From positions 1 through 64,000 of the IMG/VR virus record IMGVR_UViG_3300008117_000049: a stretch of 64,000 bases of DNA; one strand, given 5' to 3'. The position numbers and the translations under genes are program-made. Under the pieces are notes generated by a model. It saw nothing but the letters and a program-made list of their open reading frames with translations. It was not told where the DNA came from and searched no databases. This stretch comes from a virus. This document shows, in pieces, positions 49,364 through 58,120 of the stretch (position 1 is the first letter of the stretch; the number at the start of each line of letters is the position of its first letter).

Positions 49364-49430
49364 GGACTGGCGTAGCCAAGGGCTACGAGTCAACTCTTGA
49401 AGTTGGTAGTGCGAATCTACACAGTCCACA
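49364..49430 (+). ncRNA. Non-canonical tRNA-like cloverleaf
   Basis: Stems GGACTG/CAGTCC, CGTAGCC/GGCTACG, CAACT/AGTTG, GTAG/CTAC with T-loop TGCGAAT. Confidence 0.55.
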
Positions 49431-49450
49431 AAAATATTTGTGTGTTGCTA

Positions 49451-49480
49451 TTGACACGATTTCCATTTTGTGTATAAGAT
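49451..49480 (+). promoter_or_regulatory. SigA-type promoter
   Basis: TTGACA-N18-TAAGAT. Confidence 0.7.
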
Positions 49481-49486
49481 ACTAAT

Positions 49487-49666
49487 AACAAGTTCTCGAC
49501 GGAGAACTTGGAGTATGGCTGAACAACTCCAATCTTCAGATGGGGGAGTAAGGCACTATCGGATACTAGCGTATCGCCTTAGCGGGCAAACGGTAGGTGT
49601 GCTGAAAAGCGGGCTAAGAACCGAACTGAATTGGCACTGGTGGTAAAACGCAATCCACTTACTCAC
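49487..49666 (+). ncRNA. Unassigned highly structured ncRNA
   Basis: Own promoter and terminator, no ORF, at least six complementary stem pairs. Confidence 0.65.
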
Positions 49667-49669
49667 TAC

Positions 49670-49706
49670 AAAAACCCTTTGGGCACCTCTCGCTCAAGGG
49701 GTTTTT
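49670..49706 (+). terminator. Intrinsic terminator
   Basis: AAAAACCCTTTGGGC...GCTCAAGGGGTTTTT. Confidence 0.75.
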
Positions 49707-49823
49707 GACTACTAAGATGGTTAGATAAGATGTTGGCGTATAAATTTGTGTTTAGATTTATACGAGCCAAGTGTCCAAAAAACGATACATTATTATATAA
49801 CTTTTGAAGAAAGACTTAGATAA

Positions 49824-50210
49824 ATGACGGATAACTACCAACCACATTTTGATACTGACTTAGAGCGTGGCAAGGTTGGCGAGAACTTACTCAACACCTT
49901 TCTGGCTGATTTGGCTGGAAATAAGTTTGAGGTGAAGACTGACTATCGTGCTTGGGAAACTGGCAACTTTAGACAGCCAGACGCAATTGACAAAAAACAA
50001 TCTGGAATCAATATCACGGAGGCTGAATACTGGTGCTTTGCTGGGCCTAATGGCAACGGCTTTGTAATGATAAAAACTGATGCTTTGAAAGAAATGCTTA
50101 GAGCAACTGACTATCGTGAAGTACACCAACCAATCTCAACACTTGACACAAACGCCAGTATTGGTAGGCTGGTTCCAGTTTTAGATGTATTGAGAAAGAT
50201 AGGGTTGTGA
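49824..50210 (+). CDS. Putative PD-(D/E)XK-fold nuclease-like protein
   Basis: GE...FEVKTD...TGN...SGI..TEAEYW pattern. Confidence 0.5.
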   Translation: MTDNYQPHFDTDLERGKVGENLLNTFLADLAGNKFEVKTDYRAWETGNFRQPDAIDKKQSGINITEAEYWCFAGPNGNGFVMIKTDALKEMLRATDYREVHQPISTLDTNASIGRLVPVLDVLRKIGL

Positions 50211-50803
50211 TGAAAACACTAAAGGGCTACGCTCTGGCTGGTAAAAGCGAGAGCAGAGAGCGTGTAGAAAATGATTTCTATGCAAGAGACCCAAAAGCAC
50301 TAGATATGCTTTTTGCCGCGGAGCCTTTCGGCGACGGCGATTATTTAGAGCCTTGTGCTGGTCAGGGGCACTTGACTAAACGCATCAAAGAACTTGTTCC
50401 AAACGCAAAGGTAGACAGTATTGACATCGTTGATAGGGGGCTTAGTGGGGTTATTGTTGCTGACTTCTTAGAATATGAAACTGAGAAAAGGTATGACTAC
50501 CTAATCACCAATCCGCCTTATTCGCTTGGCAAGGAGTTTGTAGAAAAAGGCCTAACGCTACTAAAAGACGGTGGCAAGATGGCTATGTTTTTAAAGATAC
50601 AGTTTCTAGAGGGCGACAAGCGTAGAGAATTATATAAACAAAATCCGCCCAAATACATCTATGTTTTTACCAAGCGTATGGCTACTTTTAATAATGGAAG
50701 TGAAGTAGATGAAAATGGCAAACGCTGGGCAACCACGATGTGCCACGCTTGGTTTGTGTGGGAAAAGGGATTTACTGGGGAGCCTGTGGTCAGATGGATA
50801 TAG
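50210..50803 (+). CDS. Small amino-DNA methyltransferase (NPPY)
   Basis: LEPCAGQG motif I; ITNPPY; AWFVW. Confidence 0.85.
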   Translation: MKTLKGYALAGKSESRERVENDFYARDPKALDMLFAAEPFGDGDYLEPCAGQGHLTKRIKELVPNAKVDSIDIVDRGLSGVIVADFLEYETEKRYDYLITNPPYSLGKEFVEKGLTLLKDGGKMAMFLKIQFLEGDKRRELYKQNPPKYIYVFTKRMATFNNGSEVDENGKRWATTMCHAWFVWEKGFTGEPVVRWI

Positions 50804-50937
50804 TCGGTTGGGTGTTGCTTACTTACTTTTTGCTCATTGTATTAGTAAACTTATTCAATATTATTTACATAAAAACCTGTGTTGCCCCAACGCAGAAATC
50901 TATCGATAGAAAGATAAAAAGAAATGCAAGAAGATAG
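50794..50937 (+). CDS. Small membrane protein
   Basis: MDIVGWVLLTYFLLIVLVNLFNII; overlaps neighbours by a few codons. Confidence 0.4.
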   Translation: MDIVGWVLLTYFLLIVLVNLFNIIYIKTCVAPTQKSIDRKIKRNARR

Positions 50938-51265
50938 TTTTATTGAAAAGTTTAGGGCTAGTTTGGGCGATAAAGCCGCTACTTTTGGAGCAAGCCTTGA
51001 GAAAGTATTTTCGGCGGAAGAAGAGAAATCTGAAATCATCAACGCCCCTAAAGTAATAGAAACTGAAAAAATTAAAATAGACAAAGAAGACTATGAGATT
51101 TTGGCTGTGAGTTGGAAAGAGTTGGGTGCTAGCCAAGAGCGTGAAGAAATTCGTAGCATTCTTATTCAAGCCCGACGAATAGGAAATCAGCATTCAGATA
51201 AGAAGTTTGTAGATGGAATAAACTTTGTTCTAAATGAACTAGACGAAAGAGACAAAAATAAATAG
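50924..51265 (+). CDS. Hypothetical protein
   Basis: Coupled ORF. Confidence 0.6.
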   Translation: MQEDSFIEKFRASLGDKAATFGASLEKVFSAEEEKSEIINAPKVIETEKIKIDKEDYEILAVSWKELGASQEREEIRSILIQARRIGNQHSDKKFVDGINFVLNELDERDKNK

Positions 51266-52548
51266 TGAGTAAGTACTATGAAAACGCAGACGCTGTTGTC
51301 TATCACGGGAACTGCCTAGATGAACTAAAGAATTTAGAAGATAACTCCATTGACGCTGTTGTCACCGACCCACCTTATGAACTCGGTTTTATGGGCAAAA
51401 AGTGGGACAACACTGGGATTGCTTACAATGTTGATGTTTGGCGTGAGTGTCTTAGGGTATTGAAACCTGGTGGGCATTTACTAGCCTTTGGTGGCACTAG
51501 GACTTGGCATAGGTTGGCTGTTGCTATTGAGGATGCTGGTTTTGAAGTCAGGGACAGTATTGCTTGGATTTATGGTTCTGGTTTTCCAAAGTCGCACAAC
51601 ATTAGTAAGGCGATAGATAAGTTGCAGGGCGGACAAGTAAAAGTAGGCAAGGCTTTCAAGGTCGCTGGTGAATATGGCGATAGGAATTTGCCTAATCCAA
51701 AAGGTGATAAAGATGATATGCGACATGTGGCAGATACTGATGATGCTAAGAAGTGGGATGGTTGGGGGACAGCGTTAAAACCTGCACATGAACCTATTGT
51801 TGTTGCCCGCAAACCCTTGATTGGGACTGTGGCTGAGAATGTTTTGACTTACGAAACAGGTGGGTTGAACATAGATGCAAGTCGTATAGGAACAGAAACT
51901 ATTAGTGTTCATAATGCGCCTAAAGGCAGTTTTGCTGGTGGTGAACCTGATAGGGGAAGTGATACTGAGAGTTATAGAGAACATGTTGGGCGGTGGCCTG
52001 CAAACATAATCCTAGACGAAACAACAGCCGAACTATTAGATAAACAAAGCGGAGATAGAAAAGGGATGGCTACTCAAAAAAGTTCTGCATTGAAAATTTA
52101 TGGTGGAAATTCGCTGAATGAATCTAAAACAACTTTTCCTGAAATAAGACAAGGTTTCAATGATTCTGGTGGGGCGAGCAGGTTCTTTTATGTTGCTAAA
52201 GCAAATAAGAAAGACCGAAATGAAGGTCTAGATGCACTGCCTGACCATGACTGGAGTGGAGATGGCGCTGCTATTCCTGAAAGAGCAAACAGACCTTTTA
52301 TTCCAAGCAAGAACCACCACCCGACAGTAAAACCTACTTCGCTTATGACATACCTAATCAAGTTAGTGACTCCACCTAACGGAATTGTGCTTGACCCCTT
52401 TACTGGTTCTGGTTCAACAGGTAAGGCTGCGATTAGAAACGGGTTTAGATTTGTTGGAATTGAATTGACGGAAGAATATCTGCCAATCATTACAACCAGA
52501 CTTGACCATGAAATAAAGCAAAAGACCGAGGATTTGTTTAGTGAGTAA
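51265..52548 (+). CDS. Beta-class N4-C/N6-A DNA methyltransferase
   Basis: VTDPPY, HPTVKP, LDPFTGSGSTG. Confidence 0.92.
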   Translation: MSKYYENADAVVYHGNCLDELKNLEDNSIDAVVTDPPYELGFMGKKWDNTGIAYNVDVWRECLRVLKPGGHLLAFGGTRTWHRLAVAIEDAGFEVRDSIAWIYGSGFPKSHNISKAIDKLQGGQVKVGKAFKVAGEYGDRNLPNPKGDKDDMRHVADTDDAKKWDGWGTALKPAHEPIVVARKPLIGTVAENVLTYETGGLNIDASRIGTETISVHNAPKGSFAGGEPDRGSDTESYREHVGRWPANIILDETTAELLDKQSGDRKGMATQKSSALKIYGGNSLNESKTTFPEIRQGFNDSGGASRFFYVAKANKKDRNEGLDALPDHDWSGDGAAIPERANRPFIPSKNHHPTVKPTSLMTYLIKLVTPPNGIVLDPFTGSGSTGKAAIRNGFRFVGIELTEEYLPIITTRLDHEIKQKTEDLFSE

Positions 52549-54496
52549 ATATTTTGAAGAACCTGAAGCAACTATCTATCACGGAAATTGTCTTGAAGAA
52601 CTAAAAAATTTAGCGGACAACTCGGTTGATGCGATTGTGACTGACCCACCCTATGGGTTGGGAGACTCTGACCCGGACTATATCTTAAACGCCCTTAAGA
52701 TGTGGATTGGCGGAGACAGAGAACACATTCCTGCTGGTAAAGGTTTTATGGGAAAGCAGTGGGATGCTTTTGTTCCACCACCCGCTGTGTGGGATGAGTG
52801 TTTCCGTGTGCTAAAGCCAGGCGGACATATCTTGGTGTTTGCTGGAACAAGAACGCAAGACCTTATGGGATTGTCTGTTCGTATGGCTGGCTTTGAAATT
52901 AGAGATAGCATTGCCTGGATTTATGGTCAGGGCTTTCCTAAGTCGCTAGACATCTCTAAGCAGTTAGACAAGATGGCTGGGGCTGAGCGTGAAGTTATTG
53001 GCTCTGCTGGAAATGCTCCAGATTTACGAGATGTAGGTGCTAAGTCTAAAGAAGCCATTGGCATTGATAAATTGAGTTTTGGTCAAGTTCAAGATGCTGA
53101 ACGCACTGAAATCTTAATTACTGCTCCATCGACAGACGATGCTAAGAAATGGTCTGGCTGGGGAACTGCTTTGAAGCCAGCACTTGAGCCAATCATCGTT
53201 GGTCGTAAGCCGTTGTCTGAAAAGAATGTAGCAAGCAATGTTTTGAAGTGGGGAACTGGTGGTATTAACATTGACGGTTCTCGTATTGGAACCGAGCAAA
53301 GAACTGACACCATTACTGAAAATGGTTTTGGTAACAACTTTATGGATGATGGCTGGGTTCCATCTGGCAAGACTTATGAAAAAACTGTCACTGGTCGTTT
53401 TCCAAGCAATGTAATTCTTCAACACTCAGATGGCTGTACGCCAACTGGACAAGTCATAACTGGGAAAACTTCTGCTGGTAATCGCACTGCTACTTTTGGA
53501 ACGCAAGAGACAGTTTCAGGTGGAGATGGTTCGGGGGGATTTGATGGATACGAGTACAAAATTGAAGTTTACCAATGTGTAGATGGTTGCCCAATCAAAG
53601 AACTCAATGAGCAGAGTGGCGTAACTAAGTCTGGTCAGCCTAGAGAAGACAGGGGAACTGGTGGCATTTGGAGCGAGGGAAATGGAGTTCCTGTTGGTCA
53701 GCAGTATGGAGATGCTGGTGGAGCAAGTCGTTTCTTCCATCAAACAACTCCAGATGAAGAACCTATTGGTCGTTTTCCATCTAATGTTATCTTTGGACAT
53801 ACTGAAGAGTGCGTTGAAGTCGGTGTAGTAGAAGAAAAATACTCAATCAACAAAACAGAAGACTGGACTGGCTTTGGTCAAACAGAGCGACCAGACTATG
53901 TTGGTGAAGATAAAGTTGTAAGCACTTCAGTTTGGGAATGTGCTGATGGTTGTCCTATCAAAGAACTTGATGAACAAACCCAAGGAAAAATTACTCAAGG
54001 TCATTGGGCTCAGACTAAAGTCAGTGGGTATGGTGAGTTTGGTAGTGGCTCTGCTGAATACCTTGGAGTTGGTCGTAAAGCAGAAGAAAAGAGTGGTGGA
54101 GCATCACGCTTTTTCTATCAAGCAAAAGCCAATAAAAAAGACCGAAACGAGGGCCTTGGTGAAGACTTGCCTGAAAAGGGTAAGGTTTATAATGGAAAGT
54201 CTGCTGATAGTGCTGGCAACGCACCGGGTTCAGTAGAAGACAAATTCACTACTCAGCCAGCAAAGAACTTCCACCCAACCGTGAAACCAACGGCTCTTAT
54301 GGAATATCTTGTCAAGTTAGTAACTCCAAAAGGCGGAATTGTGTTAGACCCGTTTTCTGGAAGTGGTTCTACTGGCAAGGCCGCTGTGCGAAATGGCTTC
54401 AAGTTTATTGGAGTGGAAATTACTGAAGAGTATTTGCCTATCTTAAAAGCCAGAGTTGAGTTTGAAATCAACGATAAAAGAAGTAGCCTATTTTAG
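52541..54496 (+). CDS. Beta-class N4-C/N6-A DNA methyltransferase with a duplicated internal module
   Basis: VTDPPY, HPTVKP, LDPFSGSGSTG; two GRFPSNVI...GGASRFF modules. Confidence 0.92.
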   Translation: MSKYFEEPEATIYHGNCLEELKNLADNSVDAIVTDPPYGLGDSDPDYILNALKMWIGGDREHIPAGKGFMGKQWDAFVPPPAVWDECFRVLKPGGHILVFAGTRTQDLMGLSVRMAGFEIRDSIAWIYGQGFPKSLDISKQLDKMAGAEREVIGSAGNAPDLRDVGAKSKEAIGIDKLSFGQVQDAERTEILITAPSTDDAKKWSGWGTALKPALEPIIVGRKPLSEKNVASNVLKWGTGGINIDGSRIGTEQRTDTITENGFGNNFMDDGWVPSGKTYEKTVTGRFPSNVILQHSDGCTPTGQVITGKTSAGNRTATFGTQETVSGGDGSGGFDGYEYKIEVYQCVDGCPIKELNEQSGVTKSGQPREDRGTGGIWSEGNGVPVGQQYGDAGGASRFFHQTTPDEEPIGRFPSNVIFGHTEECVEVGVVEEKYSINKTEDWTGFGQTERPDYVGEDKVVSTSVWECADGCPIKELDEQTQGKITQGHWAQTKVSGYGEFGSGSAEYLGVGRKAEEKSGGASRFFYQAKANKKDRNEGLGEDLPEKGKVYNGKSADSAGNAPGSVEDKFTTQPAKNFHPTVKPTALMEYLVKLVTPKGGIVLDPFSGSGSTGKAAVRNGFKFIGVEITEEYLPILKARVEFEINDKRSSLF

Positions 54497-54538
54497 ACAA
54501 ACCTGATACTGTATTACTAATAAAACGAAAGGACATTT

Positions 54539-55810
54539 ATGACAACAATGATGCCACCCGAAAGAAAACTATTTACATCTGAATCTGTTACATCTGGACA
54601 TCCAGACAAGATTTGCGACGCTATCTCAGACGCAATTCTTGATGCTTATTTAGCAGAAGACCCTGAGAGCAGGGTTGCTGTTGAAACTGCTGTCACGACT
54701 GGAGTTGTGTTTGTGTTTGGCGAAGTTTCAAGCCACGCTAGTCCAGACATTCGCCAGATTGTTAGAGACACTATTCGCAAGATTGGCTACACATCTTCGG
54801 ACATTGGCTTTGACGCTGACACCTGTGCTGTCTTTCTAAGCGTTGGTCAGCAATCTTCAGACATCGCTGATGGAGTGAAAATGTCTGTTGAAGCACGCTC
54901 AGGTTCGCACTTGGCAGACGACCAGCAAGGTGCTGGAGACCAAGGAATTATGTTTGGTTATGCTACAGATGAGACAGATGAGATGCTGCCTATGCCAATT
55001 TACTTGGCACACAAGATTGCTCGCATTTTAGAAAAGGCTAGAACTAGCGGGTTTCTACCTTATCTAAGACCTGACGGTAAAACTCAAGTAACTGTGGGTT
55101 ATGACGGCGACATCCCTAAGTCAATTGAAACCATAGTTGTCTCTACACAACACGAGCCAAACATTAGCCAAGATGATATTGAGGAAGACATCATTATGCT
55201 TGTGCTTCCTATTCTCAAGAAAACTGAGTTGGCAATAAACAATCTAAAAATTCTGGTAAATCCAAGTGGTCAATTTATTATTGGTGGTCCAAATGGAGAT
55301 GCTGGGCTTACTGGTCGCAAAATTATTGTTGATACCTATGGTGGTATGGCTAGACACGGTGGTGGAGCCTTTTCTGGTAAAGACCCATCAAAAGTAGATA
55401 GGTCTGCTGCCTATGCTTTGCGTTGGATTGCTAAGAACATAGTTGCTGCGAAACTTGCTCGCAGAGTTGAAATTCAGGTCGCTTATGCGATTGGTAAGGC
55501 TAATCCAGTCGGTCTATACATCAACACTTTTGGAACTGGTGTAGTGAGTGATGACAGATTACTTAGTGCCATTGATAAAGTATTTGACCTTAGACCGTCT
55601 GCTATCATAGACGCTCTCCACCTAAAAGAACCTATTTACAGTAGAACTTCTGCTTACGGACATTTTGGCGACCCAGAACTTCCTTGGGAGAAACTAAATA
55701 GAGTGGTAGAACTAACTGACGCAGTAAAAGAACCTACTCAATCTAATTCTTTCAACTGGGAAGAATTTAGAGAGTGGCTTTATGGTTATGGAAAGGATAA
55801 CAATGACTAA
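54539..55810 (+). CDS. metK: S-adenosylmethionine synthetase
   Basis: [46 protein letters not shown]. Confidence 0.96.
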   Translation: MTTMMPPERKLFTSESVTSGHPDKICDAISDAILDAYLAEDPESRVAVETAVTTGVVFVFGEVSSHASPDIRQIVRDTIRKIGYTSSDIGFDADTCAVFLSVGQQSSDIADGVKMSVEARSGSHLADDQQGAGDQGIMFGYATDETDEMLPMPIYLAHKIARILEKARTSGFLPYLRPDGKTQVTVGYDGDIPKSIETIVVSTQHEPNISQDDIEEDIIMLVLPILKKTELAINNLKILVNPSGQFIIGGPNGDAGLTGRKIIVDTYGGMARHGGGAFSGKDPSKVDRSAAYALRWIAKNIVAAKLARRVEIQVAYAIGKANPVGLYINTFGTGVVSDDRLLSAIDKVFDLRPSAIIDALHLKEPIYSRTSAYGHFGDPELPWEKLNRVVELTDAVKEPTQSNSFNWEEFREWLYGYGKDNND

Positions 55811-56075
55811 TACAACCGAAACAACATTCAAAAAGAAGTGCCAGATACTTTCTGATTTGTGGGTGCTTCACAGGGAAAACGAAAAATACAAAGAATTGTT
55901 TTACTTTAGCGACTTAGGTTATCCGCTTGCTTACTGTATAGCGGAAAAACTAATTGTAGGAGTTGGCCCTGAAGCAAAGAAAATTATTGAAGAAACTTTT
56001 GATTGGTTGCTAGATGCTCTCAAAAAAGAAGATATCGGATACGACAACCTAAAGAGTTTGATAGATGAGGTGTAG
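55803..56075 (+). CDS. Hypothetical protein
   Basis: AAGGA RBS; DLGYPLAY motif. Confidence 0.6.
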   Translation: MTNTTETTFKKKCQILSDLWVLHRENEKYKELFYFSDLGYPLAYCIAEKLIVGVGPEAKKIIEETFDWLLDALKKEDIGYDNLKSLIDEV

Positions 56076-56082
56076 AAAGTTT

Positions 56083-56202
56083 ATGTATGAAACTATCTGC
56101 GAACACGACCTACTTCATGTGTTTGAACGCCACGAGTGTGACGGCTGTTGTGCCCAAGTAATTCTTACAGAAAAAGAGAAAGAAAAAGAAAATGCACAGT
56201 GA
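56083..56202 (+). CDS. 39-aa Cys/His-rich protein (not in ORF track)
   Basis: MYETICEHD...HECDGCC. Confidence 0.45.
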   Translation: MYETICEHDLLHVFERHECDGCCAQVILTEKEKEKENAQ

Positions 56203-56338
56203 TTTTGAGATTGTTAGTGCCATATTCCTAACAACGCTGATTGTTGGGTTGATATCTGGTCTTATTGGAACTATTGCTTCTAGAGAAAGACTTGCTAAAG
56301 AACTAGAAAAAGAAAGAAAGAAAAACTCAAATGAGTGA
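56192..56338 (+). CDS. Small membrane protein (not in ORF track)
   Basis: One TM helix plus a basic tail; overlapping starts and stops. Confidence 0.5.
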   Translation: MHSDFEIVSAIFLTTLIVGLISGLIGTIASRERLAKELEKERKKNSNE

Positions 56339-56543
56339 GTACATAGTTGTTAGAAAGATAGATTGCTTTATAGTATCTACTATTATATTGATTTTCATAG
56401 GCTTTCTTGTCTATGGCTTTTCAATGCTAAAGCAAAATCAAACTCCAACTCCAAGTCCGTCAACTTCTGGTGAAATGTCAGAAGAGTGTAAAAAGATTTG
56501 GTTAGAGCAGGGTGAGGCGGTTGCTGAACAAAATGGATGCTAA
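56331..56543 (+). CDS. Small membrane protein
   Basis: TM helix, PTPSPS linker. Confidence 0.55.
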   Translation: MSEYIVVRKIDCFIVSTIILIFIGFLVYGFSMLKQNQTPTPSPSTSGEMSEECKKIWLEQGEAVAEQNGC

Positions 56544-56676
56544 AGAACTGGGCGTTGCCATCGACGCTCTTGATGAAAGAGTTGAGTTGCTGGGTGTGGA
56601 GATTGAAGTTATTGGAGAGCACATCAAGGCTCTTGGTATGAAAATACAACGAGTACAAGAAGAAATGACAGAGTGA
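56533..56676 (+). CDS. 47-aa coiled-coil protein (not in ORF track)
   Basis: MDAKELGVAIDALDERVELL...; stop overlaps the next GTG. Confidence 0.5.
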   Translation: MDAKELGVAIDALDERVELLGVEIEVIGEHIKALGMKIQRVQEEMTE

Positions 56677-57560
56677 AAATTTATATCGCTGGTCCAATGA
56701 GCAAAGTGAAAGACTTCAACTTTCCTTTGTTTTTTGAGACGGAAAACAAACTAAAAGAACTTGGTTATGAAGTTATCAATCCCGCACATAACGATGGCAA
56801 AACTTTAGAAGAGGCTTTGAAAAATGCTGGTAGTCCTGAAAAACCTAGTAAATCTTGGAGTTCTTATATGCGTAGGGATTTGCCTAGCGTTTTGGCTGTT
56901 GATGCTATTTGCGTTTTACCCGATTGGCAAAAGTCTAAAGGTGCTTCGCTTGAAGTTCATGTCGCAGAAGCGTTAGGGCTACCTGTATATGTTCTCAAAG
57001 ACGGAAGACTAATTCCTAGAGTAACTGTTATTGGTATTGCTGGCTGGGCTAGAAGTGGCAAAGACACTATTGCTGATTACTTAGTAAAGAATAAAGGCTA
57101 CACAAAAGTCTCTTTCTCAACGCCAATGAAAGAAGCGATGTATCGCTTGAACCCACGCATAACGGTAAATGAAGTTGTGAACACTCCTTTACGAGTTGGC
57201 GTAGATGTTTATGGTTGGGAAGGTCTGAAAGAACGCAGTCCAGATGTTCGTGGATTACTACAACGCTTTGGAACTGAAGTTGGTCGTGAAATGTTTGATG
57301 AAGATTTCTGGGTTGATTATGCTTTGAACTCTATTCCAGATGGTGGAAAAGTAGTGATAGCAGATGTTAGATATCCAAACGAAGCAGACGCAATAAAAGC
57401 GTTGGGTGGAAAAGTGTTTAGAGTGCTAAGAACTGGTGTTGGACCTGCTAATGAACACGCTTCTGAACACGCTTTAAATGACTACAAGTTTGACGGTGAG
57501 TTCTCTAATGACAGGACAATAGATAATCTTTATTATATCATTGACGAGAACATAAGTTAG
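56673..57560 (+). CDS. Fusion of a DUF4406/nucleoside deoxyribosyltransferase-like domain and a deoxynucleoside monophosphate kinase
   Basis: IYIAGPM...NPA...W..SKGA.LE; IGIAGWARSGKDT, LQRFGTEVGR, DVRYPNE, HASE. Confidence 0.8.
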   Translation: MKIYIAGPMSKVKDFNFPLFFETENKLKELGYEVINPAHNDGKTLEEALKNAGSPEKPSKSWSSYMRRDLPSVLAVDAICVLPDWQKSKGASLEVHVAEALGLPVYVLKDGRLIPRVTVIGIAGWARSGKDTIADYLVKNKGYTKVSFSTPMKEAMYRLNPRITVNEVVNTPLRVGVDVYGWEGLKERSPDVRGLLQRFGTEVGREMFDEDFWVDYALNSIPDGGKVVIADVRYPNEADAIKALGGKVFRVLRTGVGPANEHASEHALNDYKFDGEFSNDRTIDNLYYIIDENIS

Positions 57561-57592
57561 TCGCTGTTTTTAGTCGGGGGTAAAATTACATT

Positions 57593-57937
57593 GTGAGTAA
57601 TATGCCAAGCAAAGTAATTGTAGGAACGCAGGTGTTCCAAGTAGTTTTACGCACTCGTCAAAATGACGGAATGCTCAACGACAATACTTTTGGCTACACG
57701 CTTGATACTGAAAATCTCATTGTCATAGACGCTAGCCTTGCTGTGAGCAGACAGAAAACAACTTTATTTCACGAAGTTCTACACGCTGTTCGTATGGTGT
57801 TTGATACATCTATAAAGCCTAAGAAAACAGACGACTTTGAAGTTTGGGAGCATTACTTTATTGGTCTTTATGAAGAGGGATTGCTTTTGGTTCTAAGAAA
57901 CAATCCAGACCTTATGAAATATTTATTAGAAGATTAG
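57593..57937 (+). CDS. HExxH metallopeptidase-like protein (leaderless)
   Basis: TLFHEVLHA; TAAAAT-N6-GTG. Confidence 0.65.
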   Translation: MSNMPSKVIVGTQVFQVVLRTRQNDGMLNDNTFGYTLDTENLIVIDASLAVSRQKTTLFHEVLHAVRMVFDTSIKPKKTDDFEVWEHYFIGLYEEGLLLVLRNNPDLMKYLLED

Positions 57938-58020
57938 TATATAAATCTATATAAAGACATGCCCACAGAGAACATTTATTTTTTCCTAATAGATAATTAG
58001 ATTTTGTGTTAGCATTATCA

Positions 58021-58120
58021 AGCAAAGGACTTATCACCCTTTGTGTCGAGTGGTTGTTCATAGTACTCGTCTCCTTTCGGTGAAGCCCCTCGGACTTTTA
58101 GTTCGGGGGGTTTCATTTTT
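58021..58120 (+). ncRNA. Candidate small RNA with an anti-Shine-Dalgarno tract
   Basis: TGtTAGCAT -10, two hairpins, CTCCTTTC, 15-bp terminator plus T5. Confidence 0.5.

Noticed and set aside
49364-49430. Canonical tRNA-Gln(TTG)
   Set aside because: No D-loop GG, C rather than U at position 33, no variable loop, 6-bp acceptor and 4-bp T stem; reported as tRNA-like instead
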